Below, one piece after another: positions 31,284 to 41,575 of a DNA stretch of 64,000 nt (its first letter is position 1; every line of letters starts with the position of its first letter). This DNA is from Acidobacteriota bacterium. Lineage in GTDB: Bacteria > Acidobacteriota > UBA6911 > RPQK01 > JAPXNP01. A program made the position numbers and the translations under genes. The stretch is taken from the NCBI GenBank assembly GCA_037388505.1, contig JARRKC010000002.1, positions 25,320-89,319 on the forward strand. The letters run 5' to 3'. The notes under the pieces were generated by a model. That model was not told where the DNA came from. It was given only the letters and a program-made list of their open reading frames with translations, and searched no databases.

Positions 31284-32263
31284 TGCGAACGATCAGACGT
31301 ATGACGCTGACGTTTCTCGTGGTCGCGCTGACCCTGCCCGTTCTGGGTTGGGCCCAGGGAGATTTCGAGAAGGGGATCTCCTATTACAAGCAGGGCCAGT
31401 ACACCAAAGCAGTGCAGGAATTCGAGCAGTTGGTCAAGGCTGACCCGAAGTACGAATCCGGCTATCGTGTCCTGGGGGATTCCTACCTCAAGCTCCATCA
31501 GTACGACAAGGCGGTCGAGGCCTTCAAGCACGCGGCCGACCTGAATTCCAAGAATTTCTCCTCTTTTCTGGGAGCTGCTGTCGGCCAGTTCAATCTGGGC
31601 CACTACCAGGAAGCCATCGATACGCTCGAGAGTGGTAAGGCGGCAGCCAAGGCGCCCAAAGAACGCTATCAACTTTTCCAGCTGCGGGGTTCGAGCTATT
31701 ACAACCTCAAGGAGTACACGCAGGCCGTGGCCGACCTCGAGAAGGCCGTCTCGATCCAGCGTGGAGGTTACAACGACGTCCTTCAGCTGGGGCTGTCGTA
31801 CCTCGAGCTCGGGAACTACGCAAAAGCACAACTGTACCTCGAACAGGCTGCGGCTCTCGGTGATGATGGCGGCAAAGCACGTAATTTCCTGGAACGTGTC
31901 GACTACCGCCGGGCCCTCGCCGCAATTCGGCAGGAGAAGTACGCCCAGGCATCTCAGACGCTGACGCAATTCGTGAAGGCGCACCCGAATGACGCCGAAG
32001 CCTGGTACAACCTTGGCCTCGCACAGCTCTTCAGCAAGCAGTTGGATGACGCGCGAAAGAGTTTCGAGAAGTGCACGAATCTCTCGTCGTCGAACGCGGA
32101 TGCCTTCCGTAGACTGGGTTACATCAACGAAATCCAGAAGCGCTACGAGGCCTCATTGAAGAACTACAGGAAAGCTCTCGAGCTCAAGTCCGATCCCTCG
32201 GACCAAAAGAGCATCCGACGTGTGGAGGAGCGGATCCGCCGCCAGAAACAGTCGACAGGCTGA
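31280..32263 (+). CDS. secreted tetratricopeptide-repeat (TPR) protein
   Basis: Signal peptide MMRTIRRMTLTFLVVALTLPVLGWAQG, then repeated TPR-like units (YYKQGQYTKAVQEFEQ...; AWYNLGLAQLFSKQLDDARKSFEK). 4-nt overlap with exbD2. Confidence 0.7.
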   Translation: MMRTIRRMTLTFLVVALTLPVLGWAQGDFEKGISYYKQGQYTKAVQEFEQLVKADPKYESGYRVLGDSYLKLHQYDKAVEAFKHAADLNSKNFSSFLGAAVGQFNLGHYQEAIDTLESGKAAAKAPKERYQLFQLRGSSYYNLKEYTQAVADLEKAVSIQRGGYNDVLQLGLSYLELGNYAKAQLYLEQAAALGDDGGKARNFLERVDYRRALAAIRQEKYAQASQTLTQFVKAHPNDAEAWYNLGLAQLFSKQLDDARKSFEKCTNLSSSNADAFRRLGYINEIQKRYEASLKNYRKALELKSDPSDQKSIRRVEERIRRQKQSTG

Positions 32264-32406
32264 CGCTCCTGACAAGGCCGGTCTCGCAGCAGCGTGGGAT
32301 CGCTTTAATCCACCTATTATCAGTTGTTTCCTGGATATTCACGAAGGGCCTGAGTGCTCCCCGTTTCTGTTGACAGCCCCAGGCTCCTCTGGCAACATGG
32401 CGAGCC

Positions 32407-35480
<3,074 letters not shown>

Positions 35481-35484
<4 letters not shown>

Positions 35485-36614
35485 ACCGTCAAGAGTCGTC
35501 GGTCATGCCGAGTCCGTCGAAGCAGGTGGCCAGGATTCTCTACGTCGATACCGAGCGGCTATGGCGCGGAGGTCAGGAGCAGCTGCTCGGACTCATGTCC
35601 GGCATGCAGGCAAGAGGGTGGGGGATACTGCTTGCCGCGCCCGCCGAGTCACCGCTGGCCGCAAGGGCGGCTGCCACGGGAATCGATATCGTTCCTTTTC
35701 AACAAAGGGCCGAACTGAGCCCGCAAGCCCTGTTGCGACTGCTTGGGATATTGCGCGGGAACCAAGTCGACATTCTCCACTTCAATACTCCCACCCCCAT
35801 CATTGTCGGGGGAGCTGCGGCACGCCTGAGGAAGATCCCCGTGGTCGTCGCTTCCAGACGTGTCAATTTCCCTCTGAAAACGCGCCTGAGCGCCGTCAAA
35901 TACAATCTGCTCCTCGACCGCGTCTTCACTGTCTCGGTGAGTATTCTGAAAACGCTCGTTCAGGGTGGCGTCAAGCCGATGCTGGTCGAAACGATCTACG
36001 AAGGCGTGGATCTGGATTGGATCGACTCGCTGACGACGGACTTCCGACTGCCCAGGAAACCGGGAATCGTACTCGGTACCGTAGCCCATCTCAGCCCAGA
36101 GAAGGGTCATCGGACGCTGCTCGAAGCCGCTCGTCTGCTGACTGAACGCGGTCTGGTCTTCCATCTGGTACTCGTCGGGGAGGGACGTCTCCGCCCAACC
36201 CTCGAAAGAATCGCCCAGCAGTTCGGTCTCGAGGACCGCGTGACCTTCACCGGCTTCAGGGCCGACAGCGAAGCGCTCATGCGCCAATTCGATGTTTTCT
36301 GTCTTCCCTCTCTCTCTGAGGGACTGAGCTCCGCGATCCTGGCGGCGATGGCCAGTGCACAGCCGGTTGTTTCAACGCGCGTCGGCGGGATCCCCGAGCT
36401 GGTTCGGGAAGACGAGACCGGCTACCTGGTCTCTCCCGATGCACCGGAGCAGCTGGCCGCCGCCCTGGCACGGCTGATCGTTGATGAAAGCCTTCGACGA
36501 AGGCTGGGCCGGGCCGGAAGGAAACGGGTCGAAGCTCACTTCACGTTGTGCAACAAGCTGGATGCGAGCGAGACGGCCTACCGTCGATTGCTTGATGAAC
36601 ACAGGGTTCGCTAA
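35481..36614 (+). CDS. family 4 (GT-B, group 1) glycosyltransferase
   Basis: C-terminal GT1 motif FCLPSLSEGLSSAILAAMASAQPVVSTRVGGIPELVREDETGYLV. 4-nt overlap with the GT2 gene. Confidence 0.8.
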
Positions 36615-36656
36615 GATGAACTCTTCATCCTAAGACTCGCATACCCGGAGTTCACC

Positions 36657-37106
36657 GTGTCCATACACCTGGTCGCCAGCAACAAGAAGGCATTTCACGA
36701 TTTCGAGATACTCGACCGGTTCGAGGCCGGGATCGTGCTCCAGGGAACGGAGGTCAAATCGATTCGGGACCATCGGCTGAACTTCAAAGACAGCTACGCC
36801 CGGGTCGTGGACGGCGAAGTCTGGCTGGAAGGCTGTCACATCAGCCCTTATGTCCACGGCAACATCCACAACCACGAACCCGAGCGACGAAGGAAACTCC
36901 TTCTCAACCGCAAAGAAATCAACAAGTTGCTCGGTGAAGTCACGAAAGGCGGCTTAACGATCGTTCCGCTCAAAGTCTACTTCAAAGAGGGGAAAGTCAA
37001 AGTCGAGATTGGCCTGGCTCGCGGGAAGCGGCTCTATGACAAACGCGAAACGGCTCGACGCAAAACGATCGAACGTGAAATCGAAGCTGAACTAAAGCGT
37101 CGCTGA
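36657..37106 (+). CDS. smpB: SsrA-binding protein SmpB
   Basis: NKKAFHDFEILDRFEAGIVLQGTEVKSIRDHRLNFKDSYARV...RRKLLLNRKEINKL. Confidence 0.95.
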   Translation: MSIHLVASNKKAFHDFEILDRFEAGIVLQGTEVKSIRDHRLNFKDSYARVVDGEVWLEGCHISPYVHGNIHNHEPERRRKLLLNRKEINKLLGEVTKGGLTIVPLKVYFKEGKVKVEIGLARGKRLYDKRETARRKTIEREIEAELKRR

Positions 37107-37117
37107 CCCGAACTGGC

Positions 37118-37456
37118 TCACTCGTCGTCCGGAAGATAGTCAAGCTGATCCTCATCTCCCTCGTGCTCCTTGTACATGTACTTGATGGAGTGCTTGGGTA
37201 TGAGGAGGTTCGGCTCTGTCTCCCGATTGACCTTGAGGCAGTTCTTGTCGTACCACTCGATAGCGCCGTGAATGATCTCTCCGTCGACCAGGCAGACAAC
37301 CATCGGCGTCTTGTTGGCCATCTGCTTGAGGTAATAGTATTCTTCGGCGCTGGTCTGTTCCGGCGGTACACGCTTGCGTTGCGTTCGGGCGTACTTGGAC
37401 TGTTCCTGCTCACGTAGCTCGGACAAGGACGGGCGGATCAACTTTCGGTTTACCAT
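37118..37456 (-). CDS. Hfq-like Sm-fold RNA-binding protein with an N-terminal extension
   Basis: The core aligns to Hfq Sm1/Sm2: YLKQMANKTPMVVCLVDGEIIHGAIEWYDKNCLKVNRETEPNLLIPKHSIKYMYK, against [50 protein letters not shown]. Acidic C-terminal tail. Confidence 0.55.
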   Translation of the reverse strand: MVNRKLIRPSLSELREQEQSKYARTQRKRVPPEQTSAEEYYYLKQMANKTPMVVCLVDGEIIHGAIEWYDKNCLKVNRETEPNLLIPKHSIKYMYKEHEGDEDQLDYLPDDE

Positions 37457-37592
37457 GGATATGCTATTCCTGATCTTGAACTGGCATCAGCTAGAATAGA
37501 ATCACGCAGGGAAGCCCCTCGAAATTTGCCGTATGGTACCACCGCCTCTCTGTTTTGACAAGAACAAAAAGGTTAGAATGGGGAAAGTTGAG

Positions 37593-38021
37593 ATGCGTGT
37601 TTACTTCCTTGTGCTGTTTGGCTTGGTTCTCTTGACCCAGGGCGTCGTCGCGCAACAGACCGAGTCCGGGAAAAAGCCGGTTCTCATTCGCGATGAGGTC
37701 AACAAGAAAGGCGCCAAAGAGCCCACGAAAAAGGTACTGGTTCATGATCCGGCTCAAGCGCGGAAGAGCGTTTCTATCGGTGACTTTTACTTCAAGCGCG
37801 ACAACCTAGATGCCGCCGCGGGTCGCTACAGAGAAGCCATCGACTTCAACCGCCAGTGGCCGGTTCCCTACGAAAAGCTCATCAAGGTGCTCAGGGAACA
37901 GGGGAAGCTGTCAGACGCCCTGGAAGTCTGCGACCTGTTCGCGCATGAGAATCCCGATGCGAAGCAGGTGAGCAAGTTCCAGGACCTCAAGCAAAAGATC
38001 GAGTCGGAGAAGAAGCCCTAG
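37593..38021 (+). CDS. secreted TPR-like hypothetical protein
   Basis: Signal peptide MRVYFLVLFGLVLLTQGVVAQ behind a GGGGAAAG RBS. One TPR-like helix pair (IGDFYFKRDNLDAAAGRYREAIDFN). The ORF is open from 37533. Confidence 0.5.
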   Translation: MRVYFLVLFGLVLLTQGVVAQQTESGKKPVLIRDEVNKKGAKEPTKKVLVHDPAQARKSVSIGDFYFKRDNLDAAAGRYREAIDFNRQWPVPYEKLIKVLREQGKLSDALEVCDLFAHENPDAKQVSKFQDLKQKIESEKKP

Positions 38022-38692
38022 CTGTCGCAATTGCGACAATTGCTTTCTTCGAGGTCCTCGGGCGTCGCGTAGTTGAGGCAGCACTTCAGACGGCCACACA
38101 TTCCCGAGAGTCGGTTGAGATTCATCCCGAGCCCCTGACGTTTCACTGTCTTGACGCTGACCGAGGCGAGCTCCTTCAGGAACTTCTTGGAACAGTTTTC
38201 CCCCAGCCCGCAACTTCCCAATCCACCGATGAGACGGGCCTCGTCGCGCGCACCAATCTGCCTCATCTCAATGCGCGTCCGTAGTTCTCGGGCAAGATCC
38301 TTCACGAGTTCCCTGAAATCGACACGGTGGTCCGCTGTGAAATAGAAGATCACGCGACTGCCGTCGAACAGATACTCGACCTTGGACAGTTTCATGGGCA
38401 GGTCGCGCACCTTAATGCGCTTCCGACAAAGGCGAAACGCGAACTCCTCCTTCTCCTGCTTCTTCTCGTTCAAATAGAGATCACGTTCCGTGGCTTTCCG
38501 CAAGACCTTCTGCAGCCGGTTCTCGCCGAGGTTGTCCGCATGCCGGCCGTGGACGACAATGCCCAGCTCTACTCCTCGATCGGTGGCAACGACACAGCGA
38601 TCGCCGGGTCGCAAAGCCATGTCATGGGCGAGAAACTCGAGGACTCGTTTGTCCTGTTGGAATTTGACCGTAATGATCTCGATCATGCTCAA
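38018..38692 (-). CDS. ricT: PSP1-domain protein (RicT/YaaT-like)
   Basis: PSP1 C-terminal region, and a Cys cluster GSCGLGENCSKKFL...GMCGRLKCCLNYA. Conserved position downstream of holB. Confidence 0.75.
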   Translation of the reverse strand: MSMIEIITVKFQQDKRVLEFLAHDMALRPGDRCVVATDRGVELGIVVHGRHADNLGENRLQKVLRKATERDLYLNEKKQEKEEFAFRLCRKRIKVRDLPMKLSKVEYLFDGSRVIFYFTADHRVDFRELVKDLARELRTRIEMRQIGARDEARLIGGLGSCGLGENCSKKFLKELASVSVKTVKRQGLGMNLNRLSGMCGRLKCCLNYATPEDLEESNCRNCDS

Positions 38693-38721
38693 ACCTGCTG
38701 CTTACCTCAGTATAGGGGATT

Positions 38722-39747
38722 TCACCCGGCACTTCTCGTCCGGTCTCTCCGCCGCTGCGCCCTCCATGCCTCCAGCCATAGCATCTCGAAACACATGCGT
38801 GGGTTGACGTTTCGGCTCACATCTCTCTTTGATTCCGAAATGGAATCGAGAAGTAAGCGCAACCCCGGCAATTCCATATTTGCCGCAAGGTCCTCGAGGG
38901 GATGGACGCGATCGCGATTCACGATCCGTTCCGGGGTCCCGACCTTGATGAAGTAGATGTCATAACAGAGTGTCTGCAGGGTCTCGAGCAGCCGGTCGGT
39001 CTGTTCCCGATTCCGCAACGCCGACCCCAGGGTCTTGCCTTCGCATGTCTTGAAGACGACTTCGAAGCGCTCCTCCTTCAGCCATCCCGTCAAGAGCTCG
39101 AGAAGCAGGTCTCGGTCCCTGATCAAGCTCTTCAGATCGATCTCCAATGCACGGCCCAGACTCCCGGCGCTGAAGCTGGCCCGCAGATCCGGACAGTCGA
39201 GTTTGGTGTTCTGGCGCAGGTACGCTTCGATCTCATCACGTCCGATCGGTTTGAACGCAAAGTGCTGGCAGCGCGAGCGGATGGTCGAGAGCAGGCGATC
39301 GGGGTAAGCGGTGACGAGAAACAGGTGAGACGTCGCCGGCGGCTCCTCGAGCGTCTTGAGAATGGCGTTCTGAGCCTCCAATGTCAGCCGCTCAGCATTG
39401 TCGATCACGAACAAGCGCGTCCGTCCTTCAAAGGGCAGATACTGCACCTCCTGACTCATCTGCCGCATTTCCTCGATCTTGATGTGGGGTCCGGGCTCCG
39501 CCGGATAGAGGCGAATGTCAGGGTGGTTGCCGGCGGCGGCCTTGATGCAGGAGGCGCATCTTCCGCAAAGGTCGTTCTCCGAGGGGGAGGAGCAATTGAC
39601 CAGGGACCCGAGCAAAAGTGCCGCGGTCTTCTTGCCGATTCCGTCCGGGCCCGTCAGCATTGCGGCAGGCGGCAAAGAGCCCGACTCGAGCAGTGCCAGA
39701 AGGTCCTGGTTTCCGATGATGTCGCGGAGTCTGCGGGGCCCGGTCAT
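38722..39747 (-). CDS. holB: DNA polymerase III subunit delta-prime
   Basis: AMLTGPDGIGKKTAALLLGSLVNC...CGRCASCIKAAAGNHPDI. 4-nt overlap with tmk. Confidence 0.85.
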   Translation of the reverse strand: MTGPRRLRDIIGNQDLLALLESGSLPPAAMLTGPDGIGKKTAALLLGSLVNCSSPSENDLCGRCASCIKAAAGNHPDIRLYPAEPGPHIKIEEMRQMSQEVQYLPFEGRTRLFVIDNAERLTLEAQNAILKTLEEPPATSHLFLVTAYPDRLLSTIRSRCQHFAFKPIGRDEIEAYLRQNTKLDCPDLRASFSAGSLGRALEIDLKSLIRDRDLLLELLTGWLKEERFEVVFKTCEGKTLGSALRNREQTDRLLETLQTLCYDIYFIKVGTPERIVNRDRVHPLEDLAANMELPGLRLLLDSISESKRDVSRNVNPRMCFEMLWLEAWRAQRRRDRTRSAG

Positions 39748-40445
39748 GGCAGAATTCTCGGAAGGAGTCGATGCTTGAGTCGTTCGAAGACGGCGTCGAC
39801 GGATCCCTGACCGTCCACCACGATGAACCGCTGTGGTTCGCGGTCAGCGAGCATGAGGTAGCCTTCTCTCACCCGGCGGTGGAAATCCAGTTGTTCGGCC
39901 TCGAAACGACCCAAAGGATCCCCCGTCTCGGCGTTTCTCCTTCGGGCCCGTTCGAGACCCAGCTCCACCGGAAGGTCGAACAGCACGGTGACGTCCGGCC
40001 TGGGAATCTGCAGGAGAGAAGCGATTTGGTCGGTCAGTTCCACCCCGATTCCCCGTGCATAGCCCTGGTAGGCCAGAGTCGCATCATGGTAGCGATCACT
40101 CAGTACGAGGAGGTTCTGGTGAAGCGCCGGTTCGATCACCTCCTTGAGATGCTGGTACCGGTCGGCCAGATAAAGAAGCAGTTCCGCCAAAGGTTCTCTG
40201 GGCGCTCCTTGGCTATGCAGAAGAATCTGGCGAAGCTCGTTGCCGAACCTGGTCCCGCCCGGTTCGAAGGTGTGCCGAAAAGGCAGGTTCCGCCCCCTGA
40301 GGAATTCGCAGAAACGCTGCATTTGCAGCGACTTGCCCGACCCCTCCGTTCCCTCGAATGTGATGAATTTAGCTGGCTGAGCTGCGCTGTCCGTCACGGT
40401 CCTGCCTATGGTACCACCAAGGTTCTGCGGGCTAAGCAAACCCAT
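39744..40445 (-). CDS. tmk: thymidylate kinase
   Basis: P-loop FITFEGTEGSGKS; HTFEPGGT; DRY motif LSDRYHDATLAYQG. The start is uncertain: ATG at 40445, or GTG near 40397; the ORF is open to 40655. Confidence 0.85.
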   Translation of the reverse strand: MGLLSPQNLGGTIGRTVTDSAAQPAKFITFEGTEGSGKSLQMQRFCEFLRGRNLPFRHTFEPGGTRFGNELRQILLHSQGAPREPLAELLLYLADRYQHLKEVIEPALHQNLLVLSDRYHDATLAYQGYARGIGVELTDQIASLLQIPRPDVTVLFDLPVELGLERARRRNAETGDPLGRFEAEQLDFHRRVREGYLMLADREPQRFIVVDGQGSVDAVFERLKHRLLPRILP

Positions 40446-40461
40446 CGGGTATACTGAGCCC

Positions 40462-41148
40462 GTGAGCGGCCTGGAATCCAACCTCGCACGAATTCGTCGT
40501 GAGATCGAAGCAGCGGCCCGACGATCGGCTCGAGACCCGTCATCGATTCGAGTTCTGGCTGTCTCCAAGACCTTCCCGGCGGAACGCGTGGTCGAGGCTG
40601 CGGAGCTGGGACAGACGCTTTTCGGTGAGAACCGCGTCCAGGAGGCCGAGAGCAAGATCCCAGCGGTAAGGCGCCCCGGGCTCGAATGGCACCTGATCGG
40701 TCATCTTCAATCCAACAAGGTCCGTCAGGCGGTGCGAATCTTCGACGTCATCCAGACTGTCGACAGCCAGAAGCTGGCTCACCGCCTCGACCGCATCTGC
40801 GAGGAACAGAACAGGAAGCTGAAGGTCCTGATCCAAGTCAACATCGGTGAAGAGGAACAGAAATCCGGCATTGATATCGGAGACGTAGAAGAACTGGTGA
40901 GGATCGTCACCCCACTCGAACATCTGGAGTTGCGCGGGTTCATGGCCATTCCTCCCCTCTTCGGCGACCCCGAGCTCAGCCGTCCCTATTTCCGCCGTCT
41001 CGCCGCCCTTCGAGCCCAGATCGAGGCCCGTCTCGACCTCTCATTCCCTGAGCTGTCCATGGGAATGTCGTCGGATTTTTCCGTGGCGGTCGAAGAGGGG
41101 GCGACGATCGTTCGGATCGGCACGGGAATCTTTGGTGAGCGAGACTGA
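40462..41148 (+). CDS. yggS: YggS-family pyridoxal-phosphate homeostasis protein
   Basis: IRVLAVSKTFPAERVVEAAELGQTLFGENRVQEA...HLIGHLQSNKV. Start taken at a GTG; the ORF is open from 40408. Confidence 0.85.
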   Translation: MSGLESNLARIRREIEAAARRSARDPSSIRVLAVSKTFPAERVVEAAELGQTLFGENRVQEAESKIPAVRRPGLEWHLIGHLQSNKVRQAVRIFDVIQTVDSQKLAHRLDRICEEQNRKLKVLIQVNIGEEEQKSGIDIGDVEELVRIVTPLEHLELRGFMAIPPLFGDPELSRPYFRRLAALRAQIEARLDLSFPELSMGMSSDFSVAVEEGATIVRIGTGIFGERD

Positions 41149-41157
41149 CGGTAGTCG

Positions 41158-41460
41158 ATGACGACTCTACATCTCTTCACACAACGGGGGCAGCTCTGCT
41201 TGCAGATCCACCTGCAACCTCGGGCTTCCAGGGATGAAATCGCCGGTCTTCACGGCGAGGCCCTCAAGGTGCGTCTGACCTCCCCACCACTGGAAAATCG
41301 GGCGAACCGCCATTTGGTTGAGTTCCTGGCCGGGATTCTGGATCTGCCCAAGTCACAAGTCAAGATCGTGGCTGGACAGCGAAGCCGAGCCAAGACGGTG
41401 GCGGTCAGCGGGATTTCCGAAAGTGAGCTGGCCCACCGCCTTGGCCAATATCTGGTATAA
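41158..41460 (+). CDS. yggU: DUF167 (YggU) family protein
   Basis: 100 aa: LQIHLQPRASRDEIAGLHGEALKVRLTSPPLENRANRHLVEFLAGIL...VKIVAGQRSRAKTV. Follows yggS. Confidence 0.8.
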   Translation: MTTLHLFTQRGQLCLQIHLQPRASRDEIAGLHGEALKVRLTSPPLENRANRHLVEFLAGILDLPKSQVKIVAGQRSRAKTVAVSGISESELAHRLGQYLV

Positions 41461-41473
41461 TATCGCTCTAAAC

Positions 41474-41489
41474 ACACAATATCTTGTTA
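41474..41489 (+). promoter_or_regulatory. candidate NrdR box upstream of the class II ribonucleotide reductase
   Basis: acaCaAtATcTtGtta matches about 13/16 of the NrdR consensus acaCwAtATaTwGtgt, roughly 90 nt upstream of the nrdJ ATG. Confidence 0.35.
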
Positions 41490-41575
41490 TTGGAATCCGT
41501 CAGAATGTCAGATGAGCTCTCTAGAATTGGCCTCACGTTTCTCAACCGAGGCGCCAATTCAATTCCGGAGGAGCT

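Noticed and set aside
37107-37592. tmRNA (ssrA) next to smpB
   Set aside because: Downstream of smpB lies the convergent Hfq-like gene, and then only 136 nt of intergenic DNA. No tRNA-like acceptor/T-arm pair or tag-reading frame is present.
41461-41575. Cobalamin riboswitch upstream of nrdJ
   Set aside because: The region is only 115 nt. It has no B12-box and no conserved stems. NrdJ uses B12 as a cofactor but is not normally B12-riboswitch controlled.
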